From an uncultured virus (IMG/VR IMGVR_UViG_3300020451_000536) (Duplodnaviria; Heunggongvirae; Uroviricota; Caudoviricetes), in the IMG/VR virus record IMGVR_UViG_3300020451_000536: a DNA stretch of 64,000 nucleotides; one strand, written 5' to 3'. Below the pieces are notes generated by a model. The model made no database searches. It had not been told where the DNA came from and saw only the letters and a list, made by a program, of their open reading frames with translations. Made by a program: the position numbers and the translations under genes. How positions within the stretch are numbered: the stretch's first letter is position 1; every line of letters starts with the position of its first letter. Positions 27,453 through 36,102 of the stretch are shown here, one piece after another.

Positions 27453-28157
27453 TTACTCTCCTAGACCAAGTTTTGTTTTTTCTATTAAATATGAGCGAAC
27501 AAAACCAGAACGAACAATATCACCTATCGTAAATTCTACTGTTTCAAATTCTTTCATTTGTTCTAATATTCTCATAAAATCTTGTAGTCCTTCTTTTTCA
27601 CTCATCTTGGTCAAATCTGATTGAAAGAAATCACCACAAAATATAATTCTACTGTCTTGACCAACTCTTGTAACAATCGTATCTAATTCGTGAAAGTTAC
27701 AGTTTTGAGATTCGTCAACAATTACGACAGCGTTATCTAATGTTATACCACGAAGATATGAAGTTGTCAAGAAGGTAACACTACCTTGATTCTTTAATCT
27801 GTCGTATAACATACTAAATGCATTATCACTTGATTGTTCAAACATAAACTGAACCATATTATGATAGGGTACTTGGTACAATGCAGACTTATCCTCTTCA
27901 TCACCAGGCAGAAACCCCATATCTCTCGTAGGAACAACTGAACGAATAATGATAACATTTTCATATTTACTCTTTGGGTCTAATACTTGTTCTAGTGCAA
28001 GGTAAAGTGATATAAAAGTTTTGCCTGTTCCAGCTGCACCAAACAAAAACAAATTCTTATTTTCTTTTCTCCAGGCATTAAATACTACCTTTTGATTATC
28101 TGTAATTGGTTTTACAGTAACTAAGTTATCTAATTTAATATCTTGTTTCTTACTCAT
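27453..28157 (-). CDS. phoH: PhoH-like ATPase
   Basis: GAAGTGKT, RSVVPTRDMGFLPG, YLRGITL, DESQN, GD..QSDL, DIVRSG motifs. Confidence 0.95.
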   Translation of the reverse strand: MSKKQDIKLDNLVTVKPITDNQKVVFNAWRKENKNLFLFGAAGTGKTFISLYLALEQVLDPKSKYENVIIIRSVVPTRDMGFLPGDEEDKSALYQVPYHNMVQFMFEQSSDNAFSMLYDRLKNQGSVTFLTTSYLRGITLDNAVVIVDESQNCNFHELDTIVTRVGQDSRIIFCGDFFQSDLTKMSEKEGLQDFMRILEQMKEFETVEFTIGDIVRSGFVRSYLIEKTKLGLGE

Positions 28158-28866
28158 AATTTTCCTCGTAATTGTTTCCTAAATTGTCAGTATATACTAT
28201 TTTTTCTATATCACCACTAAACAAAGTGAAGTAATGATTTTGTGATATACCGATTGTTCCCTCATATGAGAATATACCTTTACTTGTTTTAACAACAACA
28301 GAGTCAATATAATCTGCTGGTATTTCTGTTCTAGTTAATTGATTAAATTGTAATCCAGAATAGTTTGGGTGATTGAATTGAATTTTCTTTTTATCAAAAT
28401 GTAGTTTGTCATCAATAATATCTATTTTATCTTTTGGTACATCATTATCAACTATTGGTGTTGCAGAACAACCACCAGCTGCCTTGATATACTTTCTGTT
28501 AACATATAAATTACCATCTATATCTTCTGCAACAACAGTTAAATGAGTGTATGCATTTACTCTTATATTAGTTTCTATGTATGGTAGTAAACCTACAAAT
28601 TCAAATGTTGCACAACAAGGTGTTGGATTTTCATCAATGATTAAAGTGAATTTAATTAAATCTTTTGACTTTGTTGTGATAACAATAGGAACATCACCAC
28701 TATCTATTGCACGATAAGGTGAATCAATAATTATGTCTTTAGTTTGTACAATCTTTTGAGAACCATACAAATTATTTTTTAACCATTCATTCCAACTATC
28801 TGAACAAACAGATAATGGAAACAGTAAAATGAAAAGACTAAGGACTACGCTTTTTATGTTTATCAT
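28150..28866 (-). CDS. quinoprotein dehydrogenase-associated SoxYZ-like carrier (fused SoxY-SoxZ, periplasmic)
   Basis: signal peptide; PYRA.D...VP, LIIDENPTP, TNIRVNAYT, KAAGGCSA, HPNYSGLQ.NQLT...IPA.Y, ISQN motifs. Confidence 0.82.
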   Translation of the reverse strand: MINIKSVVLSLFILLFPLSVCSDSWNEWLKNNLYGSQKIVQTKDIIIDSPYRAIDSGDVPIVITTKSKDLIKFTLIIDENPTPCCATFEFVGLLPYIETNIRVNAYTHLTVVAEDIDGNLYVNRKYIKAAGGCSATPIVDNDVPKDKIDIIDDKLHFDKKKIQFNHPNYSGLQFNQLTRTEIPADYIDSVVVKTSKGIFSYEGTIGISQNHYFTLFSGDIEKIVYTDNLGNNYEENYE

Positions 28867-29161
28867 ATGCTCTTTTTGCTTTTATTTTCCTAATTGATTT
28901 TTTACCATATCTTTCTGCAAGTGGGCTGGTAGGGTGTTTTTCTGCAATCTTACTAAACACCTCTCTCATACCAGAATCACCTTTTTCACTTTTAGTAACC
29001 CCACTAACCACATTCATATTTAAATAATCAGCAGATTCAATATTCGGATTATTTTTTAAATACTCTACTTTCTCATCGTAGGACATAAATTCATCAAAAT
29101 ATTTATCTTCTTGTTTGTTATAGAAATCGTATCTAGGCATCTTTACTTTCATTAAAACCAT
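28838..29161 (-). CDS. conserved T4-like hypothetical (FmdB-like N-terminus)
   Basis: MPRYDFYN...EFMSY.E...YLK.NP pattern. Confidence 0.65.
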   Translation of the reverse strand: MVLMKVKMPRYDFYNKQEDKYFDEFMSYDEKVEYLKNNPNIESADYLNMNVVSGVTKSEKGDSGMREVFSKIAEKHPTSPLAERYGKKSIRKIKAKRAYDKHKKRSP

Positions 29162-29330
29162 ATTCTTCTGTAAGTTCTGCTTTCAAATCATTCGCTCTTT
29201 CTTGAATATAATTTTTTGCAGTATGAACATAACCCATATCTTCTGGGCCATTATCTTCAATAAATTTATCTGCAATTCTTACTTCTTCAAGTAACCATAA
29301 TAATTTATCAAGTTTAGTTGGTCTTTTCAT
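29133..29330 (-). CDS. hypothetical protein
   Basis: overlapping ORF chain; P.DMG.VHTA motif. Confidence 0.55.
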   Translation of the reverse strand: MKRPTKLDKLLWLLEEVRIADKFIEDNGPEDMGYVHTAKNYIQERANDLKAELTEEYGFNESKDA

Positions 29331-29556
29331 TTTTAAGTTCCCTTATTGTTTCGTTAAGTTCTTTTATTCTAATGTATAAATTTTGTATTTGTTTCTGCAT
29401 TTGTGCAATCTCAAACTGATACAATTCATCTTTACCTAACCAGTTTTTTTTTAAATCTTCTCTTTGTTTTTTCACCTCTTTACTTTCTAAATATTCTAAA
29501 TCACCTTTATTGATGTGTTCATTAATCATATCCCAATATCCTTTTCTTGAAACCAT
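29314..29556 (-). CDS. coiled-coil hypothetical protein
   Basis: overlapping ORF chain. Confidence 0.5.
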   Translation of the reverse strand: MVSRKGYWDMINEHINKGDLEYLESKEVKKQREDLKKNWLGKDELYQFEIAQMQKQIQNLYIRIKELNETIRELKNEKTN

Positions 29557-30083
29557 GATGGTACACTCCTATTTTTCCAAGTCGCAAATTTAGTCTTTTC
29601 TTTTATATAGTAGTTCTTATATGCAGCTAAAGGATTATTAGGTATTTTACAATATTCTGGCATACATTGAGGCATCTGTGTAATCTCTGGTGTCATATTA
29701 ATATTTTGTGGTAACATATTTAAATATGGTATTCTATCTTCTACTGAATGTCTTTTACCATATCTATATGTAAACTCTTTTAATAAATGTTTTAATAAAT
29801 GTAGTAACCAAGAATAATTACCTTTGGTTTCTCTACACCATATCGCAGATGGGTGTTTCGTATGACACGCTAACATTAGATTCTTATCCATAAAATCCAC
29901 TGGGTGTTTCCACCTTTTTACATTTCTACCAGTTTTAGATTTACCGACAAATTCTTTTCCGTCTAATAATCTATGTGCAGTTGATAATAGTTGTGCATAC
30001 TCTACACACATTTTTACAGCGTGTTTATCACAATGTTCCAAAGATGCAATCTTTGGGTCTTCATTAATATAAAATATATTCAC
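29526..30083 (-). CDS. pyrimidine-dimer DNA glycosylase / DenV-like protein
   Basis: MNIFY..EDP...A..HCDKH.VKM..EYAQLLSTAH, HPSAIW, PQCMP, AYKNYY motifs. Confidence 0.8.
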   Translation of the reverse strand: MNIFYINEDPKIASLEHCDKHAVKMCVEYAQLLSTAHRLLDGKEFVGKSKTGRNVKRWKHPVDFMDKNLMLACHTKHPSAIWCRETKGNYSWLLHLLKHLLKEFTYRYGKRHSVEDRIPYLNMLPQNINMTPEITQMPQCMPEYCKIPNNPLAAYKNYYIKEKTKFATWKNRSVPSWFQEKDIGI

Positions 30084-30084
30084 A

Positions 30085-30741
30085 TTATCTCCTTCTATAA
30101 AAAATGTGTCTACCTATTTTTACTGTTTTTTCAAAATGTCTTGACCATTTTGGTTTAACATAGTCAGCGTGATAATACAACGCTCCGTCTGTAATGTCAA
30201 GTAGTGTTTTAAAATTTGATGCAACTAAACCCTCTGCAAGAACATATAGTTGATTATATGTGTAGTGGTCTTTTATCTCATCTGATTTACCATCACAGTA
30301 CCAACTGAATTGACACATATGTTTGATAGGTTTTTTCAAACCTTTTTCTTTTAACCACCATTGTGATATTTTTGCATCTTCTATAACACCACAAATTGTG
30401 TTTGGATATATTTCACTTTTTACTCTGTTTAAAACTACATTGGTTACACCTAGAACTCCAGCAGTTCCTTCATTACGAGCTTCAAAATACATATTCTTTG
30501 CAAGACAAGTTATTTCTTTTTTGTCAATATACCTATCGTATTTTGCAATTTCCATATATTGCATTTGTGGAATTCTTTCTGGTCTATTGATACCAGCGAT
30601 AACAATGAATGTTGCTAATATTGTAGTAAATAGTTTAAAAAACACTCTGTACCCCTCATCTATATTTTTGAATTGTAGGGAACGGTCTGGTAATCCAACT
30701 TGTTCCCTTACAATTCTGGGTTTAGAATAAGTCTTGGTCAT
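30085..30741 (-). CDS. cell wall hydrolase (SleB/Hydrolase_2)
   Basis: CLAKNMYFEARNE, VVLNRV, YPNTICGV, CQFSWYCDGKSD, GALYYHADYV.P.W, IGRHIFY. Confidence 0.92.
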   Translation of the reverse strand: MTKTYSKPRIVREQVGLPDRSLQFKNIDEGYRVFFKLFTTILATFIVIAGINRPERIPQMQYMEIAKYDRYIDKKEITCLAKNMYFEARNEGTAGVLGVTNVVLNRVKSEIYPNTICGVIEDAKISQWWLKEKGLKKPIKHMCQFSWYCDGKSDEIKDHYTYNQLYVLAEGLVASNFKTLLDITDGALYYHADYVKPKWSRHFEKTVKIGRHIFYRRR

Positions 30742-30949
30742 CTTCCTTATTCATCATATAAGTGCCAAGACTCATAAACCCAATTCCAGCGACTGCGAGG
30801 ATGGAAAGAGTAGTGAGAGAGGCGTCACCATCAACAGCACCAGCCGCAAGAATACTGAATAAAAATCCAATCATAAAATAAATCATAATATACCTATAAA
30901 TAAAATGTTAATAATTATTATAATACCATATTATTTTAATATGTCAACC

Positions 30950-31429
30950 CTATGCAGATTTTTTATAATCTTTATGATTAACATTTAAAAAATTGTCATC
31001 CCAATCAAATGCCTCTTGTACCACTTGTTTTGATAACCCCTTATATTTTTGATGTAATTTCTTATCTTTTGCAAGTATTAAAACTTCTGCTTCACCCTCT
31101 TGTAATCCCTCTAACATTTGGACAAACATTGTTTCACATTTAACTTGTTTTAATTTATCATTTCCACCTTTAATAAAATGAAAAAGTTTACTCGCTTCTT
31201 GTTCTAATCTTGTGTGTTCAGTTCCCTCTGGTGCATCATTTTTAATAAATGGTACATCACCGTCTGGTAATCTCCACACAATTTTAGGGTCAAAACTAGA
31301 TTTTAAAACCATCTTCAACCCATCACTTTTATATTTTCTTAATACATTTATTTTTTTATCTTTAACCTTTGCATTGTTAACCATAGTTAATACTTCGTGC
31401 ATCAAAGGTCTTACAACATCATATGCCAT
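30950..31429 (-). CDS. conserved T4-like protein (DUF6433-like)
   Basis: LP.GDVPF, L.HF.KGG, RE/CETMFVQMLEGL...EAEVL...KDKKL pattern; follows RNase H. Confidence 0.7.
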   Translation of the reverse strand: MAYDVVRPLMHEVLTMVNNAKVKDKKINVLRKYKSDGLKMVLKSSFDPKIVWRLPDGDVPFIKNDAPEGTEHTRLEQEASKLFHFIKGGNDKLKQVKCETMFVQMLEGLQEGEAEVLILAKDKKLHQKYKGLSKQVVQEAFDWDDNFLNVNHKDYKKSA

Positions 31430-32274
31430 TAAAAATCTCCTAGTTTTTCAGTCAGCTCTTTTAGTCTGTGTTTCATAAAATAAGGTAGTATTTTACTCTT
31501 ATCTTTTTGGGTAATTTTATCTACCCACTTATTATATATGAGTTCTCCCAACTCATTTGGTATACTGTCAAAGTCAATCAATGTTTTGTTCCTTTGATAG
31601 TTTCTTTTAATCTCACCCTCTGGAATACCATTTTCTTTCCACTCAGTTAATTTCTTTTTTGTTATTGGTCGTTGTCTTAAATCCTCTACAAAAACTGTAT
31701 CTTGTGATAAAACATTTGGAACTCCATCACCTTTATCACCTCTAATAATATGTTCAAATTTGTAGTGTTCTGGATTCGCATCAACTACATACTTTTTCAA
31801 AGTTGGTGAATATTGTTTTATATTTTCTTTTTGATGTAGTTGTATAAAATCTTTATCACCAGATATAATTAATATTTCCTCATATAAGTTTGGTGTAGAA
31901 GAAATCTTATTTGATAAAATCGCAATAATATCATCAGCCTCTGCACCATCTATTTTTAAAACTTTATAAGGGAAATTTTCTTCTAACTCATTTTGAATTT
32001 TAGTTAGTATATCAAATAACTCATTCCAATCTAAACTACTTTCACTTCTTGCCTTCTTACGATTTTGTTTATAATAAGGAAAGTAATCTTTTCTCCAACA
32101 ATATTTATCGTCATAACAAAGTACCAACTCACCAAAATCTTTACTGAATTTTGTTTTATAAGACCTCAAGGAGTTTAGTACCATATGTCTTACTAAATCC
32201 TCACTTAAAGGTTCATCTTTCATCTGTATCATCAAATTACTTATTGTAACTTGATTCATATCAACTAATATCAT
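31429..32274 (-). CDS. rnh: T4-type RNase H (5'-3' exonuclease)
   Basis: MILVDMNQ, WRKD.FPYYK..RK, EADDIIA, ISGDKDFIQL, GDKGDGVPN motifs. Confidence 0.95.
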   Translation of the reverse strand: MILVDMNQVTISNLMIQMKDEPLSEDLVRHMVLNSLRSYKTKFSKDFGELVLCYDDKYCWRKDYFPYYKQNRKKARSESSLDWNELFDILTKIQNELEENFPYKVLKIDGAEADDIIAILSNKISSTPNLYEEILIISGDKDFIQLHQKENIKQYSPTLKKYVVDANPEHYKFEHIIRGDKGDGVPNVLSQDTVFVEDLRQRPITKKKLTEWKENGIPEGEIKRNYQRNKTLIDFDSIPNELGELIYNKWVDKITQKDKSKILPYFMKHRLKELTEKLGDF

Positions 32275-32753
32275 TTATTCTTTTTTTTATCCAAAGCTTT
32301 CAAAAACTTGGGTATCAATTCCATTTTAAATATTGTGTTAGTATTACCTTTTTTATCTTTTTCTTGAACCATAAACTTATCAACCAAAGGTTGCATTTCG
32401 TGATTAATATCTAAATCTCTATAAATAGAACTCTTGATTGATTCAATAACAAAAGATAAATCTTTTATAAATGTTGGGTCATTAACTTTCAATCCATTAT
32501 CATTTAATGAATGTACTAATTGTACTATTAAGGCTTCAGTAAGTTGGTCTGCAAAAGAGATATCCTCATTAAGTCTTAATAAGTTCTCATCTGGTTTAAC
32601 TACTTTTCTTTTACCCTTAAATCTTTTAGGGAATTTAATTATGTTATCGTTTTTCTTTTCCATAATAATATTTATATCCAATAGTTTATTAAACCAAAAA
32701 CTGATATAATAAACCCAACAGAGTTTAATAATATGATAGAACCGTCTTTCCAA
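32271..32753 (-). CDS. hypothetical protein
   Basis: likely true start at MEKKNDNIIKFP. Confidence 0.6.
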   Translation of the reverse strand: MERRFYHIIKLCWVYYISFWFNKLLDINIIMEKKNDNIIKFPKRFKGKRKVVKPDENLLRLNEDISFADQLTEALIVQLVHSLNDNGLKVNDPTFIKDLSFVIESIKSSIYRDLDINHEMQPLVDKFMVQEKDKKGNTNTIFKMELIPKFLKALDKKKNK

Positions 32754-32914
32754 AAATATCCTACACTAACCCATACAACACTCCCTATGGTCATAAAGTA
32801 TAGATTTAGTGGATAGATATTAAAAGATGTAAAACATAAGCCTATCAACAATAGGAAAGAACCAAACCATTTTAAACCTCTAACTTCTCTAGTTTCTCTT
32901 TCTTTCTTATACAT
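32672..32914 (-). CDS. small membrane protein
   Basis: three hydrophobic segments, NIYPLNL motif. Confidence 0.55.
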   Translation of the reverse strand: MYKKERETREVRGLKWFGSFLLLIGLCFTSFNIYPLNLYFMTIGSVVWVSVGYFWKDGSIILLNSVGFIISVFGLINYWI

Positions 32915-33138
32915 CTTCTTGTACTCGCAGCCTTCTCTTTTCTTTTTCTTTCGTTCCTTGTTTCGTAATATTCTCTTTTACGAAGTTCATTGAACATATC
33001 TTCTTTTTGTAGTTTCTTTTTCAGTTTTCTAATTGCCTTGTCTACATTTCCGTTCTCTACTGCAACAGCAGTACCAGGCAATCTTTTCTCTGGGAATCTT
33101 TTCTTTTTATTAAATTTATGAACTTGTTTGAATCGCAT
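32872..33138 (-). CDS. rpsU: ribosomal protein bS21
   Basis: V.V.NGNVDKAIRKLKKKLQKE..F.EL..REYYE...E.KRK.K pattern. Confidence 0.85.
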   Translation of the reverse strand: MRFKQVHKFNKKKRFPEKRLPGTAVAVENGNVDKAIRKLKKKLQKEDMFNELRKREYYETRNERKRKEKAASTRRCIRKKEKLEKLEV

Positions 33139-33313
33139 ACATATCCTCTATTAATTGATTAGTAACTTCTGCTTCATATTGGTCTACGCCAGTAAGAAAT
33201 GCATTTATATCTGTTATTGATAGTTTTGTGATATCCGAAACATCTGCACACTTCATAACATAGTCTACAATATGATTAGGGATATCTTCGTGTGTATTAT
33301 AAAAATAAATCAT
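33116..33313 (-). CDS. hypothetical protein
   Basis: ORF chain. Confidence 0.5.
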   Translation of the reverse strand: MIYFYNTHEDIPNHIVDYVMKCADVSDITKLSITDINAFLTGVDQYEAEVTNQLIEDMYAIQTSS

Positions 33314-33528
33314 TTATACCTTTCTAATTCTCTATCAATCATCTCAGAATAATGTTTAAGATAATTCACTCCAGATTCATTAATTCCGTGTTTTTCTGGA
33401 TTAATAACTTTGTCGTTCATCATTTTAACAATCTCTTCAAGATTTTCAATAGCAAGTTGTTTATTAGTTTTAATTGGTTTTAAATCTTCAAAACTCAATG
33501 TAATACCAACTGTTTCTAAATTATTCAT
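33310..33528 (-). CDS. hypothetical protein
   Basis: ORF chain, sigma70-like promoter upstream. Confidence 0.55.
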   Translation of the reverse strand: MNNLETVGITLSFEDLKPIKTNKQLAIENLEEIVKMMNDKVINPEKHGINESGVNYLKHYSEMIDRELERYK

Positions 33529-33564
33529 AATTATATCCTACCATAAAAATTAATATTGTCAACC

Positions 33565-33816
33565 CTAATTTAAAGTTTCTACTATATCACCATTTTCAAT
33601 TTTAACTAATCTGACTAATTGACCAAAGTTTGTTTTGAAAACTTCTACTAAATTATCATAATCACCAGACATCATTTCTTTGACAATACTGTCAATCTCG
33701 TCTTTTGATAAATCTAATTTAACTCCTAAATATTTTGCCTTTCTCATCAATGCAAATGCATTTCCGTCTGGGCCATTTAAATTTACTTCTACTCTATACT
33801 GCAATTTTACCCCCAT
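33565..33816 (-). CDS. conserved phage hypothetical (GPDGNAF family)
   Basis: LNGPDGNAFALM ... SGDYDNL motif. Confidence 0.7.
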   Translation of the reverse strand: MGVKLQYRVEVNLNGPDGNAFALMRKAKYLGVKLDLSKDEIDSIVKEMMSGDYDNLVEVFKTNFGQLVRLVKIENGDIVETLN

Positions 33817-34099
33817 TATAATAACATCTAGTTGTTTTTAAATCCTCATTATCATCAACAATAGGTGAAACATCACCTCTGCCGTCAGAATCACACTCCA
33901 CGATATTGTAATAACCTTTTTGTTGACCTTCTAAATCACTAAATGCATTTTTAACTGTGTCAGTATAATATGTTTCTGTATTATACTTTACTTCATCATC
34001 TTGTGTTTTCCAATTAGGGCTCCACTCGTCATACCACCAATTACCATTAGGTGTCATAGTCTGACCTTTTTCGTTCATAATTTTAAAACATTTTTCCAT
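33794..34099 (-). CDS. early hypothetical protein
   Basis: GAGG RBS, early cluster. Confidence 0.55.
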   Translation of the reverse strand: MEKCFKIMNEKGQTMTPNGNWWYDEWSPNWKTQDDEVKYNTETYYTDTVKNAFSDLEGQQKGYYNIVECDSDGRGDVSPIVDDNEDLKTTRCYYNGGKIAV

Positions 34100-34347
34100 T
34101 ATATTACCTCTTTTAAATTAAACTTACTTGTAAGAATATCTCTTACTCTTTCTCTGTCAAGACTATCACCATAAAATGGCAAAGAATCATCACTTGCAAT
34201 ATAATCAATGGTTGCAGTTTGAATTTGACTTACAGTTGCACCCATATCATAGATACCATTTTTACCATAAAAATCATAAACATAACTTACAAATTCATTC
34301 ATTCTTTTTGCAAATTTTAAACCTTTAACAATATCTTTTTTTTCCAT
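34099..34347 (-). CDS. early conserved hypothetical protein
   Basis: YVYDFYG..GIY, F.GDS.DRE.VR motif. Confidence 0.6.
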   Translation of the reverse strand: MEKKDIVKGLKFAKRMNEFVSYVYDFYGKNGIYDMGATVSQIQTATIDYIASDDSLPFYGDSLDRERVRDILTSKFNLKEVI

Positions 34348-34370
34348 ATTTCTCTCTCTTTCTTTAAAAA

Positions 34371-34595
34371 TTAGTTCCAGCCTGGTAATGTATGATTAGA
34401 CCAATAATCGTTCCACACATAATTTGAAATCCAATGTATGTCAGCTTCACTCCATATGTTTTCACACTTATCTTTTGCAACATCAAAGAACTCATCAAAT
34501 GATTCACATTCTTTTATATCATTTTCATCTACATTATCATAAAATCTTTCTACAAGATTTGTCATATGGTTGTCATTTATATTTGCGATTGTCAT
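34371..34595 (-). CDS. early hypothetical protein
   Basis: directly downstream of promoter cassette copy B. Confidence 0.6.
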   Translation of the reverse strand: MTIANINDNHMTNLVERFYDNVDENDIKECESFDEFFDVAKDKCENIWSEADIHWISNYVWNDYWSNHTLPGWN

Positions 34596-34604
34596 ATTTT
34601 TTCT

Positions 34605-34657
34605 CTTTCTTTCTTGATTATATTATTATTATACTTTGTTTTAAGAACAATGTCAAG
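34605..34657 (-). repeat. early promoter cassette, copy B
   Basis: 52/53 nt identical to 3135-3187; TTGACA(34651-34656)-17-TATAAT(34628-34633). Confidence 0.85.
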
Positions 34658-34671
34658 TCTTTTTTTAATTA

Positions 34672-34983
34672 TTATGACCAAAGTTCGTTTCTTACTTTTC
34701 TTTGTTTTTTTCTTTGTTCTCTATTCCAAACTTCTTCTTGAACTTCTAATGAAGGCCACTCGTGGTCATCATCTATTGTATCGTTAACCCACGCCAATAA
34801 ATCATTTGCTAACTTTTTTGCTTCTGTTTTACTAAGATTAACAACATTCATAGAATCATCAGATTGCATCCAATTAGTCTTTGGATTTCTTACAGTCAAT
34901 ACACTCAATCTTGCACCACCAAAACCAGCATACTGTCTTAAACTTATTGTTTTTTTATTTGAAGATTTAACTCTTTTTCCCAT
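34672..34983 (-). CDS. early hypothetical protein
   Basis: GAAAGGA RBS; downstream of promoter 35019-35047. Confidence 0.6.
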   Translation of the reverse strand: MGKRVKSSNKKTISLRQYAGFGGARLSVLTVRNPKTNWMQSDDSMNVVNLSKTEAKKLANDLLAWVNDTIDDDHEWPSLEVQEEVWNREQRKKQRKVRNELWS

Positions 34984-35018
34984 TTTTTTTGTCCTTTCTT
35001 TCTTGACTTTATGTCTCT

Positions 35019-35047
35019 ATATTACCTTGTTTTGAGAACAATGTCAA
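35019..35047 (-). promoter_or_regulatory. sigma70-type early promoter cassette
   Basis: TTGACA-17-TAATAT with TTGTTCTCAAAACAA spacer; A/T-rich UP element. Confidence 0.75.
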
Positions 35048-35095
35048 GTAAAAAAGTAAAAAAAATGAAAAAAAGATATGAATTAAATCAATGAC

Positions 35096-35647
35096 TTACG
35101 AAGATGTGTAATATTTTCTGTAATCATTATGGTTTCCATACCAGTGAACTTCGGTATGAATCTTGTTTTTATTGGATTTTATGATGTGTTTTTCCCACCA
35201 ATCTGGTTCTTTTACAGTACAATGTGCATTTTCACCATTTGGTAGTATTGCTTGTGCAAGTCTAGTACAAATTGCAAGATATACAAACTTTTTTGCTTTA
35301 CTGTAAATAGTATCAAGTGCCTTTGGAACTATATCTTCTGGAATGTGTTCCATAACATCTGTTGATATAACTCCGTCAAACTTTCTTTTAGGTAGTTTAC
35401 TATGTTCTGGAAAGGCTGGGTCATACATATAGATATTTTCATCTTGAATATGAAATAGTATATTAAGGTGGGAATCTGTGTATTGACTACCTTTACCACA
35501 ACCATAATCTAATACTGTTTGAGAATGTGTTATGAGAACAATATTCGCAACATTTGGGGTTTCTTTGAATAAACTAACACCTTGATAAGTCTTCTTATCT
35601 TGGTGCATAACTTTATATAAATCTATGTAATGTTGTTCAATGTCCAT
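35096..35647 (-). CDS. class I SAM-dependent methyltransferase
   Basis: VLDYGCGKG, YDPA, FDGVISTDVMEHIPE, GENAH.TV...WW motifs. Confidence 0.88.
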   Translation of the reverse strand: MDIEQHYIDLYKVMHQDKKTYQGVSLFKETPNVANIVLITHSQTVLDYGCGKGSQYTDSHLNILFHIQDENIYMYDPAFPEHSKLPKRKFDGVISTDVMEHIPEDIVPKALDTIYSKAKKFVYLAICTRLAQAILPNGENAHCTVKEPDWWEKHIIKSNKNKIHTEVHWYGNHNDYRKYYTSS

Positions 35648-35972
35648 TGTGTAATATCATAAAATATTCTGCATCAATCAATACCAAAGGTTTTTGATTA
35701 TTTCTTTTGATGACAACTATGGGTTCATAATGACCAGCATTATCACACGCCTGATTATATGCTTCCCATATGTTTAGTTTTTCTTGGTTCTTACATTCAA
35801 TAGAATATGGAAACTTTTTTCTTGCAGCTCTAGCCATAATTAAATCTTCACCACCAGCACCCATTGAACGACTTTCAATGTCTTCTTCGTGTATATTCAA
35901 TTTTTCTATGAGTTTTTCTCTAACCCATTTCTGTAATCGTCTACCTTTAGATTTTTTACTCTGTGTCTTCAT
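35637..35972 (-). CDS. PD-(D/E)XK endonuclease / Holliday junction resolvase-like
   Basis: K.KGRRLQ, SMGAGGED, SIECKNQE motifs. Confidence 0.8.
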   Translation of the reverse strand: MKTQSKKSKGRRLQKWVREKLIEKLNIHEEDIESRSMGAGGEDLIMARAARKKFPYSIECKNQEKLNIWEAYNQACDNAGHYEPIVVIKRNNQKPLVLIDAEYFMILHNGH

Positions 35973-36102
35973 CTACATTATCCTCATCAAGTTCTTCACC
36001 ACAAAATGGACAATATTTTACTTGATAATAATCATCGTCCATATTATGATTTATTTTAAATTCAGCATCACAAGAATCGCAATAAATTGTTTTTCCAGGC
36101 AT
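35956..36102 (-). CDS. small Zn-ribbon protein (48 aa, not in ORF track)
   Basis: MPGKTIYCDSC...YCPFCGEE; start overlaps RNR stop. Confidence 0.7.
   Translation of the reverse strand: MPGKTIYCDSCDAEFKINHNMDDDYYQVKYCPFCGEELDEDNVDEDTE

Noticed and set aside
28150..28866. Sulfur-oxidation soxYZ
   Set aside because: GGC is internal (GGCSA) in a fused protein rather than the C-terminal GGCGG of SoxY; no other sox genes.
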